Source: Crocinitomicaceae bacterium
GTDB lineage: Bacteria > Bacteroidota > Bacteroidia > Flavobacteriales_D > Crocinitomicaceae
NCBI GenBank assembly: GCA_042094515.1
Contig: JBELDA010000005.1
Location: forward strand, 22,077 to 86,076
DNA length: 64,000 nt
Reading direction: 5' to 3'
This document shows, piece after piece, positions 36,646 to 46,366 of this stretch; within the stretch, counting starts at the first letter, position 1; the number at the start of each line of letters is the position of its first letter. Under the pieces are notes generated by a model, which saw only the letters and a list, made by a program, of their open reading frames with translations, searched no databases and was not told the DNA's origin. Position numbers and translations under genes: made by a program.

Positions 36646-37416
36646 TTGGAAAGGGTCAGCAAGCATATCGTTGATTGGTTAAATTCTTATTGTGAAGGGT
36701 CAGCTTTAAATGGTTTTATCGTCGGAGTATCAGGAGGTATTGATTCAGCCGTAACCTCAATTCTTTGTGCCAAAACGGAAAAAAGGGTCATCTTATTAAA
36801 TATGCCTATTCGACAAAACGAAACAGAATATTCTTTAGCTCAAAAACATATAGACAACATTAAGAATAGGTACTCAAATGTTGAGTCAAATGAAATTAAT
36901 TTGACAAAGGTTTTTGAATCTTTTGAAGGGAAAATGCCTTTTTCTATCGAAAACAATCAATTGTCAATGGCAAACAGTCGTGCACGGCTGCGTATGATGA
37001 CACTTTACGCGGTAGGGCAGTCTCATGGACTTCTCGTTGCTGGAACGGGTAATAAAATTGAAGATTTCGGGATTGGTTTTTATACGAAGTATGGAGATGG
37101 CGGTGTCGATCTGAGTCCAATAGCAGACCTCACAAAGTCAGAGGTTTTTGCAATGGCCAAGAATCTAAATGTGATTGATGAAATCCAACAAGCGGCACCG
37201 ACAGATGGGCTTTGGGGTGACGGGCGCAAAGATGAAGATCAAATCGGAGCAAGCTATGCTGAACTCGAATGGGCTATGGATTATTCTGGAGAAATGAGCG
37301 ATTTAACAAAGAGGCAGATTGAGGTCTTGAATATCTACAATCGGCTCCACAAAATAAATCAGCATAAAATGATTCCTATACCTGTTTGTAAAATTCCTGA
37401 AAACTTAAAGAACTAG
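36646..37416 (+). CDS. nadE: ammonia-dependent NAD+ synthetase
   Basis: 256 aa. PP-loop GVSGGIDSAVTS, MANSRARLRMMTLY, and GTGNKIEDFGIGFYTKYGDGGVDLSPI. TTG start with no nearby ATG. Confidence 0.85.
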   Translation: MERVSKHIVDWLNSYCEGSALNGFIVGVSGGIDSAVTSILCAKTEKRVILLNMPIRQNETEYSLAQKHIDNIKNRYSNVESNEINLTKVFESFEGKMPFSIENNQLSMANSRARLRMMTLYAVGQSHGLLVAGTGNKIEDFGIGFYTKYGDGGVDLSPIADLTKSEVFAMAKNLNVIDEIQQAAPTDGLWGDGRKDEDQIGASYAELEWAMDYSGEMSDLTKRQIEVLNIYNRLHKINQHKMIPIPVCKIPENLKN

Positions 37417-37437
37417 TCAAATCCTACGGTATAATTA

Positions 37438-39555
37438 TTGCTACTTTTGATTGTGCGTAAGTTATATATACTTTTATTTTTAAGCGGGATGTTGCTTTCT
37501 GCGATATCTTGTGCCACAATTGAGAAATCATTTGTTTCGTTGAGTGATCATGATTATTACAGTGCTTTTAATGGATTTAATGATGGACTTAAAAGAGATT
37601 CCTCAGCTTGCGCATATGGCTTATCATTGTATTATGATTCTCCTGTAACTAAGGATATAGATTCATCTATAAAGTATATTTTAATTGCTGAAAAACACTG
37701 GAGTAATGTTACGCAAAAGAGTCGTCTAAGTTTAGTGGCTTATGGTTTTGATTCAATAGCAATCGAACATCACAAACAAAAAATAGGTGATGAATTGTTC
37801 GTGAATTGCAAGAGTGAGAATTCATACATTGATCTTGATTTGTTCATTGAACAGTATCAATGGAGTAGAAAATTGGAGGAGGCATTTAAATTGCGCGATT
37901 CACTTGTCCTTGAACAGGTTTTTTTAAATGAGTCGGTATGGTTTGCTATGGATATGGCTCAAAAATATCCAAATTCAATTTATATGTCCGAGCTCAAAAG
38001 TGCAATTGATTTATATGAATATCAAAACTTTGTCAAGGTTTTTATTGAAGCAGATTTGGCCAGATTTATTGAGACTTATCCAAATAATTCTCACGTAGGT
38101 ATAGTTGAGGATAGTATTTATGCGATTTACGAGCGTGATTCAGGATACAAAATATTTGAAAAGTTTATTGAGGTTCATTCTTCGAATAGAAACATTGAAA
38201 AGGCATGGAAAGAACTGTACAGGAGATATACAGAAAACTTCAAGCCTGAGCTAATTGTTAAATTTGAGCAATCGTACCCAGACTATCCGTTCAAAGAGGA
38301 AATAATCCTGGATTCTGAGCTCTTAGAAATAGAATATTATCCGTTTTCGGATTCATTAGGAATAATGGGGTATACTGATTCAGCAGGTATTTGGCTTATT
38401 GAACCTGAGTATGATGATGCCAGTTTTTTTTATGATGGAATCGCGGCTGTGGAAAGGAATCAAAAGATCGGTTTGATTAACAAGAAAAATGAAATAATTG
38501 TTGATTTTATTTTCGATGATATTGAAACGGATACAGAACTCTTCGTGGTTTCGGCAGGTGATTTATTTGGAATAATAAATCGAAATGGAGATTTTGTTCT
38601 TGATACTGTTTATCAAGATATTTCAATATTGGATGACGGATTCATATGTGCTCAAAAAGACTCTCTTTATGCGTTCTATAATCGCAATGGACTTCAGTTA
38701 ACAACAGAACTGTATGATTTCGTTTTAAATTTTAAAAATGGATTGTGCCCAGTGTCAATTGCTGGTCAAAGAGGCTTGCTAGATAAAAACATGAGTCTCG
38801 TTATCCCTTGTGATTATGAGGCCATTTACACTTTTTCTGACAGCTTATATATTTTAGTTAATAGTGATAATTACAAGCAGCTTTCAGATCGCAACGGTAC
38901 CATAGTAAATGATTCACTTTACCAAGAGATACATCAAGTGGTGAACGGATATTCCAATTGTGTTAAAGGGGATAAGATTGGTTATCTAAACGAGCAAGGC
39001 AGTCAAATCATCGAGAATAAGTTTGACGGGTTTGTTGATTATGATTTATTGGGGAATTTTGTCAATGGAAGTGCGGTTGTTTTAAAGAACAAAAAGTTTG
39101 GAATCATAAATTCCAATGGTGAATTTGTAGTTAAGCCAAAATACGAGAACATTAGAAATTTAGGGCTAAATTTTGGGGTTTCTAAGAATGGTAAATGGGC
39201 GTTGATGGATTCTTCTTACAGCATCATGTCTAAATATGACTATGAGAGTATTGAGTTAATTAATAGTGAATATATACTGTTTGGAAAGGATGGAAAGTTT
39301 GGTTTAATGGACTTTAAACTGAACGTAATTCTAGATGCATTGTATATCTCTATATATATACAAGGAGATTTCCTTATTTTGGAAAATGATATGGGGAATG
39401 CATTGTTTGATCTAGAAGGAAATGAAATACTGTCCTTTAATCAATGGTTGTTTTACAATGCGGACATGAATTTTTTGAAAGTAATTGATATGGAATCAGG
39501 AATAATTCAAAAATATATTGATAAACAAAATGGTAACGTTATAGGTCATCCATGA
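37438..39555 (+). CDS. WG-repeat-containing lipoprotein
   Basis: 705 aa with lipobox LLSAISC. The C-terminal ~400 aa contain about 10 repeats of the pattern G.a.V..n.K.G.IN.nGe.vv...Yd.I (e.g. KKFGIINSNGEFVVKPKYENI, GKFGLMDFKLNVIL). Confidence 0.7.
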   Translation: MLLLIVRKLYILLFLSGMLLSAISCATIEKSFVSLSDHDYYSAFNGFNDGLKRDSSACAYGLSLYYDSPVTKDIDSSIKYILIAEKHWSNVTQKSRLSLVAYGFDSIAIEHHKQKIGDELFVNCKSENSYIDLDLFIEQYQWSRKLEEAFKLRDSLVLEQVFLNESVWFAMDMAQKYPNSIYMSELKSAIDLYEYQNFVKVFIEADLARFIETYPNNSHVGIVEDSIYAIYERDSGYKIFEKFIEVHSSNRNIEKAWKELYRRYTENFKPELIVKFEQSYPDYPFKEEIILDSELLEIEYYPFSDSLGIMGYTDSAGIWLIEPEYDDASFFYDGIAAVERNQKIGLINKKNEIIVDFIFDDIETDTELFVVSAGDLFGIINRNGDFVLDTVYQDISILDDGFICAQKDSLYAFYNRNGLQLTTELYDFVLNFKNGLCPVSIAGQRGLLDKNMSLVIPCDYEAIYTFSDSLYILVNSDNYKQLSDRNGTIVNDSLYQEIHQVVNGYSNCVKGDKIGYLNEQGSQIIENKFDGFVDYDLLGNFVNGSAVVLKNKKFGIINSNGEFVVKPKYENIRNLGLNFGVSKNGKWALMDSSYSIMSKYDYESIELINSEYILFGKDGKFGLMDFKLNVILDALYISIYIQGDFLILENDMGNALFDLEGNEILSFNQWLFYNADMNFLKVIDMESGIIQKYIDKQNGNVIGHP

Positions 39556-40304
39556 AGAAGATTTCAGAACATACAATAATGGGAATTGCGGCATGTGCTG
39601 GGGTATATCTTTTTGTATTCGTATATCTTCAGGTATCTTCATTTACAGGGTTTGGTAAGAAAACTCAATTCAATACCTATTCCAAACTTGAGGATGATGA
39701 GATAAGGTTAAATGCTGATAATATTGAAGCTGGAGATTTTATGGGAGGTGATGTTTCCAATATTTCAAGAGATAGAAGTGATACGAGAAGTGGATCGTCA
39801 GAAGAATGGTCTGAAAATGAATATGAAGGCAATCCTGAGGAGGTGGCTAAGGATGTAGAGCAACAATTTGTAGATGAAACAGGAGGAGATGAAAAGAGAG
39901 AGGAGATGCTGAAAGAGCATCAGGCTAGATTGGAGGAATTGAAGCGAGAAAAGAATCAGTCAAATCCGCTAAAAAACAATAGCTCCGAAAATAAATTCTC
40001 AGGTGAAGTCATGGTTGAATGGGAGCTTCAGGGTAGGACAGCTTATAAAAATGACAATTGGTATGTAAGAAACCCTGGATATACCTGTGGGTATAATTCT
40101 ATGGGAACGGTTTTGATTCGGATAAAAGTAAATAAGAACGGAAATGTTATTGATGCCCAAATTGATAGCTCCTCATCTTCGTCGATATCCTCGTGTATGA
40201 AATCTAAAGCTCTTGAGTATGCGCTTAAATCGCGTTTTAATTACAAAGCTTCGGTTAATGGTACTCAGACTGGATTTATCACATACAAATTCGTTTCTCA
40301 ATAA
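39552..40304 (+). CDS. membrane-anchored protein with acidic linker and TonB-C-like C-terminal domain
   Basis: ATGA overlap with the WG-repeat gene. One N-terminal TM helix, an E/D/S-rich linker, and the C-terminal GEVMVEWELQGR...GTVLIRIKVNKNGNVIDAQI...QTGFITYKFVSQ, which resembles a TonB C-terminal fold. Confidence 0.5.
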   Translation: MKKISEHTIMGIAACAGVYLFVFVYLQVSSFTGFGKKTQFNTYSKLEDDEIRLNADNIEAGDFMGGDVSNISRDRSDTRSGSSEEWSENEYEGNPEEVAKDVEQQFVDETGGDEKREEMLKEHQARLEELKREKNQSNPLKNNSSENKFSGEVMVEWELQGRTAYKNDNWYVRNPGYTCGYNSMGTVLIRIKVNKNGNVIDAQIDSSSSSSISSCMKSKALEYALKSRFNYKASVNGTQTGFITYKFVSQ

Positions 40305-40374
40305 GATTAAATACTAATCAAAATAATTGTTTAGTTATTGATTAATTTCATATATTTAACCAAATTTTAAATGT

Positions 40375-41169
40375 ATGGTGGTTGGAAACAATTTAAAGCT
40401 TCTTAGAAAACATTTTGGTAAATCTCAAGACGAGGTGTCAAAAAGTCTTGGGTTGAATCGATCTACCTACAGTGGTTATGAAAATGCTGTAGCTCAACCC
40501 AGTCTTGAAATTATCTCCTTAATCTCAGAGTTTTATAATATTTCTGTGGATTCAATATTAAAAAATGATTTTTCAGCATTTAATTCGAATCAATGGACAC
40601 GAATCACTAATGGATGGAAGTCTTCCGCTACAGGATCAAAACTTAGAATTCTTACAGCTCAGGTTTCAGAAAGTAATGAAGAGCTAATCGAAATGATTCC
40701 GGTAAAGGCAAAGGCTGGTTATGCTTTAGGATATTCTGACCCTGAATTTATAAAAGAATTACCAACTATTCGTTTGCCATTTTTATCTAAAAATCGAAAA
40801 TACAGAACATTTCCTATCTCCGGTGACTCTATGCCTCCTGTATCAGATGGTTCCTTTGTAGTGGGCGAATTTGTCCAAGATTGGACCTTAATTACATCAG
40901 ATACACCATGCGTTTTGGTGACTAAAGATGAGGGTATTGTATTTAAAATCATTGAAAATCAAATTTCTAAGGATAAAAAAATCCTGCTTTCATCGACGAA
41001 TCCTTTATATAAAACCTATTCGGTAGATCTTAAAGATCTTTTAGAAATCTGGGTGTTTAGATGTTATATTTCAATGGAGCTTCCAGAAACGATACTAGGA
41101 GAAGATGATATTTCTAGCTCAATAAGGGCAATACAGAAATCATTATTCCGCATTGAAAACAAAAGTTAA
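40375..41169 (+). CDS. XRE-family HTH / S24 peptidase (LexA/CI-like) self-cleaving repressor
   Basis: 264 aa. N-terminal HTH LKLLRKHFGKSQDEVSKSLGLNRSTYSGYE. S24 nucleophile motif ISGDSMPP (Ser152) and Lys191 in GIVFKII, about 39 aa downstream, which is LexA-like Ser-Lys spacing. Confidence 0.75.
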   Translation: MVVGNNLKLLRKHFGKSQDEVSKSLGLNRSTYSGYENAVAQPSLEIISLISEFYNISVDSILKNDFSAFNSNQWTRITNGWKSSATGSKLRILTAQVSESNEELIEMIPVKAKAGYALGYSDPEFIKELPTIRLPFLSKNRKYRTFPISGDSMPPVSDGSFVVGEFVQDWTLITSDTPCVLVTKDEGIVFKIIENQISKDKKILLSSTNPLYKTYSVDLKDLLEIWVFRCYISMELPETILGEDDISSSIRAIQKSLFRIENKS

Positions 41170-41200
41170 TCTGTTTTTAACTAATTAGCTCCTCTTTCCT

Positions 41201-41208
41201 TATCTTTG
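41201..41208 (+). promoter_or_regulatory. candidate -7 promoter box for thrS operon
   Basis: TATCTTTG matches TAnnTTTG, 14 nt upstream of the thrS ATG (41222). Confidence 0.4.
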
Positions 41209-41221
41209 CACAAAAATTTTT

Positions 41222-43165
41222 ATGATTGACATTACTCTTCCCGACGGTTCGGTTCGAAATGTTGAGGTAAACACGACCTCAATGGATGTGGCTTTATCAA
41301 TTTCTGAGGGCTTAGCGCGTAATGTGTTGGCTGCAGTTGTTAATGGGGAAGTTGTTGATGCGAGTTTGCCGATAGAGGAAAACGCATCGCTTCAGCTTTT
41401 GACATGGAGAGATAAAGAGGGTCAGTCAACCATGTGGCATTCTTCTGCACACCTGATGGCAGAAGCTATTCAATTTTATTATCCAGATGTGAAGTTTGCT
41501 ATAGGACCTCCAATTGCAAAAGGCTTCTATTATGATATTGATTTCTTAGACCACAGCTTTTCCGAAAACGATCTTGTAAAGATTGAGACTAAAATGAAGG
41601 AGCTTGCAAAGCAAAAAAATGTATTTGAGAAAAAAGAGGTATCTAAAGTAGATGCCATTGAATATTTTAAGAAAAAACAAGACCCTTATAAGCTCGAATT
41701 ATTGGAGGATCTTGAAGATGGCACTATTACTTTTTATACTCAGGGTGAATTCACTGATTTATGCAGAGGACCACATATTCCTCATACTGGATTCATAAAA
41801 GCTATTAAGCTAACTGCAGTTGCAGGTGCCTATTGGAGAGGTGATGAAAAAAACAAACAGCTTACACGTATTTATGGGATTACATTTCCAAAAAATTCAG
41901 AGCTAAAAGAGCATTTGGAGCTTATAGAAGAGGCTAAAAAGAGAGATCATAGAAAGCTAGGGAAGGAATTAGACTTGTTTACTTTTTCTCAAAAAGTAGG
42001 GCAGGGTTTACCATTATGGCTTCCAAATGGAACTGCTTTAAGAGAACGATTGGAAAACTTTTTAAAGCGAGCGCAGCGATCTGCAGGTTATGATCAGGTG
42101 ATAACCCCACATATAGGAAACAAAGAGTTATATGTATGTTCAGGTCATTATGAAAAATATGGAGAGGATTCATTCCAACCTATTAGAACACCGGATCCCA
42201 ATGAGGAATTTTATTTAAAACCAATGAATTGTCCTCATCATTGTGAGATTTATAAATCTCGACCTCGGTCTTACAGAGATTTGCCTCTTAGATTTGCTGA
42301 ATTCGGAACGGTTTATAGATATGAACAGTCAGGTGAGCTTCATGGTTTAACTAGAGTTCGAGGGTTCACACAGGATGATGCGCATATATTTTGTACACAG
42401 GATCAGGTGAAAACTGAATTCATGAATGTCATAGACATTGTTTTATATGTTCTAAAAACCTTGGATTTCAAAAATTTCAAAGCTCAAATTTCCTTAAGAG
42501 ACAAAGAAAAGTCCGATAAGTATATCGGTTCTGATGATAATTGGGAAAAGGCAGAAGCATCTATAATGGAAGCTGCCAAGGAGAAAGGTCTGGATACTGT
42601 TGTTGAATATGGCGAAGCTGCCTTTTATGGTCCTAAGCTGGACTTTATGGTTCAGGATGCCTTGGGTAGAGAATGGCAGCTAGGAACCATACAGGTAGAT
42701 TATAATTTACCAGAACGATTTGAGCTCGAGTATGTAGGTAGTAATAATGATAAATTGCGTCCTGTTATGATACATCGCGCGCCATTTGGTTCGATGGAAC
42801 GCTTTGTAGCGGTTTTACTAGAGCATTGTGGTGGGGACTTCCCTTTGTGGCTTACTACGAATCAATTTGTGGTTTTACCAATATCAGAGAAATTTAATGA
42901 GTATGCCAAAAAAGTTTCAGATGTCCTAAATAATTACGATATTCGCGGTCTTGTTGACGACCGAAATGAAAAGATTGGTAAGAAAATAAGAGATGCAGAA
43001 TTGGCGAAACGCCCATTCATGCTTATTGTAGGTGAGAAAGAGTTCAGCTCTGAGCAGGTTTCTGTTCGTCAAAGAGGTGAGGGAGATCAAGGAACAATGG
43101 GCATAAAGGAGTTCGCATCTGTAGTGAATAATTTAGTAGAAAAAGAATTGGTTATTAACGATTAA
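41222..43165 (+). CDS. thrS: threonine--tRNA ligase
   Basis: 647 aa. TGS domain, editing-domain [10 protein letters not shown], class II catalytic blocks [11 protein letters not shown]-like ([14 protein letters not shown]), [11 protein letters not shown] and [12 protein letters not shown], and an anticodon-binding C-terminus. Confidence 0.95.
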   Translation: MIDITLPDGSVRNVEVNTTSMDVALSISEGLARNVLAAVVNGEVVDASLPIEENASLQLLTWRDKEGQSTMWHSSAHLMAEAIQFYYPDVKFAIGPPIAKGFYYDIDFLDHSFSENDLVKIETKMKELAKQKNVFEKKEVSKVDAIEYFKKKQDPYKLELLEDLEDGTITFYTQGEFTDLCRGPHIPHTGFIKAIKLTAVAGAYWRGDEKNKQLTRIYGITFPKNSELKEHLELIEEAKKRDHRKLGKELDLFTFSQKVGQGLPLWLPNGTALRERLENFLKRAQRSAGYDQVITPHIGNKELYVCSGHYEKYGEDSFQPIRTPDPNEEFYLKPMNCPHHCEIYKSRPRSYRDLPLRFAEFGTVYRYEQSGELHGLTRVRGFTQDDAHIFCTQDQVKTEFMNVIDIVLYVLKTLDFKNFKAQISLRDKEKSDKYIGSDDNWEKAEASIMEAAKEKGLDTVVEYGEAAFYGPKLDFMVQDALGREWQLGTIQVDYNLPERFELEYVGSNNDKLRPVMIHRAPFGSMERFVAVLLEHCGGDFPLWLTTNQFVVLPISEKFNEYAKKVSDVLNNYDIRGLVDDRNEKIGKKIRDAELAKRPFMLIVGEKEFSSEQVSVRQRGEGDQGTMGIKEFASVVNNLVEKELVIND

Positions 43166-43172
43166 AATTTGA

Positions 43173-43721
43173 ATGAGAAGAACTCCAAGACGTCCTTTTG
43201 TTAGAAGAGAAGAGGCAGCCCAACATAAGATTAACCAGAAAATCCTTGCCCCAGAGGTGAGATTGGTTGTTGAAGGAAGGGAGCCAATGGTAATAGCAAC
43301 GATAAAGGCGATTGATATGGCAATGGAGGAAGGACTTGATTTGGTAGAGATATCACCGAAAGCAGTCCCTCCAGTATGCAAAATCATGGATTACAAGAAG
43401 TTTCTTTACAATCAAAAGAGAAAACAAAAAGAGTTAAAAGCCAAGCAGAGTAAAGTAGTTGTAAAGGAAATTAGATTTGGTCCCAATACGGACGACCACG
43501 ATTTTAATTTTAAATTGGCACATGCAAAAAAGTTCCTTAGCGAAGGGAGTAAGGTAAAGGCCTTTGTATTCTTTCGTGGTCGAACGATTGTGTTCAAGGA
43601 TAGAGGAGAGATATTACTGCTGCGTTTTGCGCAGGAATTAGCGGATTATGGTGTGATTGAGCAGCTTCCTAAAATGGAAGGTAAAAAAATGAATCTCATG
43701 ATTAATCCTAAAAAGAAATAA
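43173..43721 (+). CDS. infC: translation initiation factor IF-3
   Basis: 182 aa. [14 protein letters not shown]..., [26 protein letters not shown], and [18 protein letters not shown]. It sits in the canonical thrS-infC-rpmI-rplT order. Confidence 0.9.
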   Translation: MRRTPRRPFVRREEAAQHKINQKILAPEVRLVVEGREPMVIATIKAIDMAMEEGLDLVEISPKAVPPVCKIMDYKKFLYNQKRKQKELKAKQSKVVVKEIRFGPNTDDHDFNFKLAHAKKFLSEGSKVKAFVFFRGRTIVFKDRGEILLLRFAQELADYGVIEQLPKMEGKKMNLMINPKKK

Positions 43722-43759
43722 AAAAACTGATATAGTGTTCATCTTTAAAAAACAAAAAA

Positions 43760-43957
43760 ATGCCTAAAATGAAGACAAAATCCAGTGCAAAGAAGAGATT
43801 CACAATCACTGGAAGTGGTAAAATTAAACGTAAACATGCGTTTAAAAGCCACATTTTAACGAAGAAGGCCAAAAAGCGTAAGCGTAACTTGACGCATTCC
43901 GGATTAGTTCATGATGCGGATTTGTCGAATATCAAGTTGCAATTGTGCATGAAATAA
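43760..43957 (+). CDS. rpmI: 50S ribosomal protein L35
   Basis: 65 aa, highly basic. [34 protein letters not shown]. Confidence 0.9.
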   Translation: MPKMKTKSSAKKRFTITGSGKIKRKHAFKSHILTKKAKKRKRNLTHSGLVHDADLSNIKLQLCMK

Positions 43958-44041
43958 AAGGTTCTTTATTATTAACCAAATAACGAGTAGCTAAGACATC
44001 TGAAATATGGATGCACTTCTTATTAAAAACAAATAGAAAAT

Positions 44042-44389
44042 ATGCCAAGATCAGTAAATCACGTTGCTTCAAGAGCAAAGAGAAAAAACATGATGAAGCT
44101 TGCCAAAGGATACTTTGGTAGAAGAAAGAATGTATGGACTGTAGCGAAAAACGCCATTGAAAAAGGCTTGCTATATGCTTATACAGGGAGAAAACAAAAG
44201 AAAAGAAATTTTCGATCCTTATGGATAACAAGAATTAACGCTGGAGCGAGAGCACATGGATTGAGTTATTCTCAATTTATGGGTGGTGTTAAGAAAAATG
44301 GAATTGAGTTAAATAGAAAAGTTCTAGCTGATTTAGCCATGAACCATCCAGATGCTTTTAAAGCTGTTGTTGATTCAATCAAAAAATAA
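44042..44389 (+). CDS. rplT: 50S ribosomal protein L20
   Basis: 115 aa. [15 protein letters not shown]...[10 protein letters not shown]...[21 protein letters not shown]. Confidence 0.95.
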   Translation: MPRSVNHVASRAKRKNMMKLAKGYFGRRKNVWTVAKNAIEKGLLYAYTGRKQKKRNFRSLWITRINAGARAHGLSYSQFMGGVKKNGIELNRKVLADLAMNHPDAFKAVVDSIKK

Positions 44390-44410
44390 ATAACAATACT
44401 ATATCAGTAA

Positions 44411-44441
44411 AGCCATTAGGAGTTCTAATGGCTTTTTTTTT
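44411..44441 (+). terminator. rho-independent terminator after rplT
   Basis: 9-bp stem AGCCATTAG / CTAATGGCT with the 5-nt loop GAGTT, followed by a run of 9 T. It lies 22 nt after the rplT stop. Confidence 0.65.
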
Positions 44442-44477
44442 AATTAAATAAGTGATATATCGTTTGAAACATAAGAT

Positions 44478-45464
44478 ATGAAGCTAAAAATAGGAGTAGC
44501 CGGGGCTGGACATCTTGGGAAGATACATATTCGAATAATCAAAGAGCTCAATGAAGTCTTTGAATTAATTGGGTTTTATGATCCGAATCAGGCAATAGCA
44601 GCTGAGGTCTCTAAAGAATATGGTGTTAAGTCCTACGATACTATAGAGGAACTTATAGAAAAGGTTGATTGTTTAGATGTAGTTACGGCAACGTTGTCTC
44701 ATTTTGCAGTAGCTAAGCTGGCTATTCAGTCTAGAAAACATGTTTTTATTGAGAAACCTTTATCTGAAACGATAGACGAGGCTTATAAGCTTCAATCATT
44801 GGTGCACGAGGCAGATGTTGTGGCTCAGGTAGGACATGTTGAGCGATTTAATCCGGCATTTGTTGCGGCTAAACAACATTTGGATAGACCGATGTTTATT
44901 GAAACCCATCGCTTGGCTCAATTTAATCCAAGAGGTACTGATGTGCCGGTTGTATTGGATTTAATGATTCATGACATTGACATTATTTTAAGCATCGTTC
45001 GATCTGGAGTTAAAAAAGTATCTGCTTCAGGTGTTTCTGTGATAAGTGAAACTCATGATATTGCCAATGCAAGAATAGAATTTGACAATGGCTGTGTAGC
45101 GAATTTAACATCTTCAAGAATTTCTTTGAAAAACATGCGTAAGACAAGATTCTTTCAAAAGGATGCTTACATCAGCGTAGATTTCTTAGATAAAAATCTA
45201 GAAGTTTTCAAAATGGAGGAGCTTGAAGGTGAAGCCGACCCATTTGACATCATATTAGACCTTGGTACAGACAAACCCAAAAAGAAAATATTAATAGACA
45301 AGCCAGATATCATTGAGTCCAATGCCATTAAAGAAGAATTACGTGCATTTTATAATAGTATCGAAAATGATTCTGAAACACCTGTTACCATCGAGGATGG
45401 ATTAAATGCCATGCTGGTAGCACATCAAATAATGGATGAAATGTCTAAAATATACCTTCAGTAA
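44478..45464 (+). CDS. Gfo/Idh/MocA-family NAD(P)-dependent oxidoreductase
   Basis: 328 aa. Rossmann N-terminus KIGVAGAGHLGKIH, the EKPL motif (VFIEKPLSET), and HVERFNPAF. Confidence 0.8.
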   Translation: MKLKIGVAGAGHLGKIHIRIIKELNEVFELIGFYDPNQAIAAEVSKEYGVKSYDTIEELIEKVDCLDVVTATLSHFAVAKLAIQSRKHVFIEKPLSETIDEAYKLQSLVHEADVVAQVGHVERFNPAFVAAKQHLDRPMFIETHRLAQFNPRGTDVPVVLDLMIHDIDIILSIVRSGVKKVSASGVSVISETHDIANARIEFDNGCVANLTSSRISLKNMRKTRFFQKDAYISVDFLDKNLEVFKMEELEGEADPFDIILDLGTDKPKKKILIDKPDIIESNAIKEELRAFYNSIENDSETPVTIEDGLNAMLVAHQIMDEMSKIYLQ

Positions 45465-45500
45465 TTACAATATTTATCTTTTCAAATCGTTCCATCTATA

Positions 45501-46364
45501 GTGCGTTCATTAGTCCAAGTTTTAGTTGTATTTATTCTTTTGTCTTCCTGTGTGAAGAACAATCCTGATCCGTCATGGCTTGAGGTGAATGAATGGCAGC
45601 TAAATAGCAATATTCAGCTTTCTGGTCTAGAGGGAGAGCTCACTGAAAGCCTTACCAATGCGAAGGTTTGGGTAAATGATGATTTGCTTGGGATATTTGA
45701 AGTACCTTTTCGCATTCCAGTACTGAAATTAGGACCGTGTAATGTGCGGATAGCTCCAGTAGTTATTAATAATGGAATCTCAGCGACTAAAAAAGTATAT
45801 CCATTCTTAAATGTTTATGAAATTGATGCTGAGTTAGTTCAAAACGAGGTCTTGACCATTAATCCCGTTACAAGCTATAAAAGCATAACCAATTTTTGGG
45901 TTGAAGATTTTGAGGATATAAATAATTCAATTGAAAATGATGCCAATACGTCATTGGCTACTTTGCAATTATCGAATGAAAATTTAACAGGGTTTAATGG
46001 TAATTTCTGTGGGAAAGTGGTTTTAAATGAAAATGATACTACTTGGGTTGCCAATACAACAGATCAATTGGCTATTCCTAAAGGATCAGAATGTTACCTA
46101 GAAATTGATTATTATATAACGAATGACTTGTATACCGGCCTATTGTATGTAACACCTGATGCCACTACAAACAATGTGAATATTCGATTGAACGGACAGG
46201 AACCCGATGTTGCTGTTTGGAAGAAAATTTATATTGAGCTTAAGGAACTTGTAACAGCTTCTCCAAATCAAACTTTATTTCTACAAACATTTTCTGCTTT
46301 TCTGGACGAAGGTGATACAGAAGGGTTGATATACATAGATAATATTAAAGTATTGTGGTATTAG
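45501..46364 (+). CDS. hypothetical lipoprotein
   Basis: GTG start and lipobox LLSSC. No recognised domain. It lies between an oxidoreductase and a sugar transferase, so it may belong to a polysaccharide locus. Confidence 0.5.
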   Translation: MRSLVQVLVVFILLSSCVKNNPDPSWLEVNEWQLNSNIQLSGLEGELTESLTNAKVWVNDDLLGIFEVPFRIPVLKLGPCNVRIAPVVINNGISATKKVYPFLNVYEIDAELVQNEVLTINPVTSYKSITNFWVEDFEDINNSIENDANTSLATLQLSNENLTGFNGNFCGKVVLNENDTTWVANTTDQLAIPKGSECYLEIDYYITNDLYTGLLYVTPDATTNNVNIRLNGQEPDVAVWKKIYIELKELVTASPNQTLFLQTFSAFLDEGDTEGLIYIDNIKVLWY

Positions 46365-46366
46365 GC

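Noticed and set aside
43133-44231. Minus-strand ORFs of 61-99 aa overlapping infC, rpmI and rplT
   Set aside because: They oppose universally conserved translation-factor and ribosomal-protein genes, and their translations are featureless.
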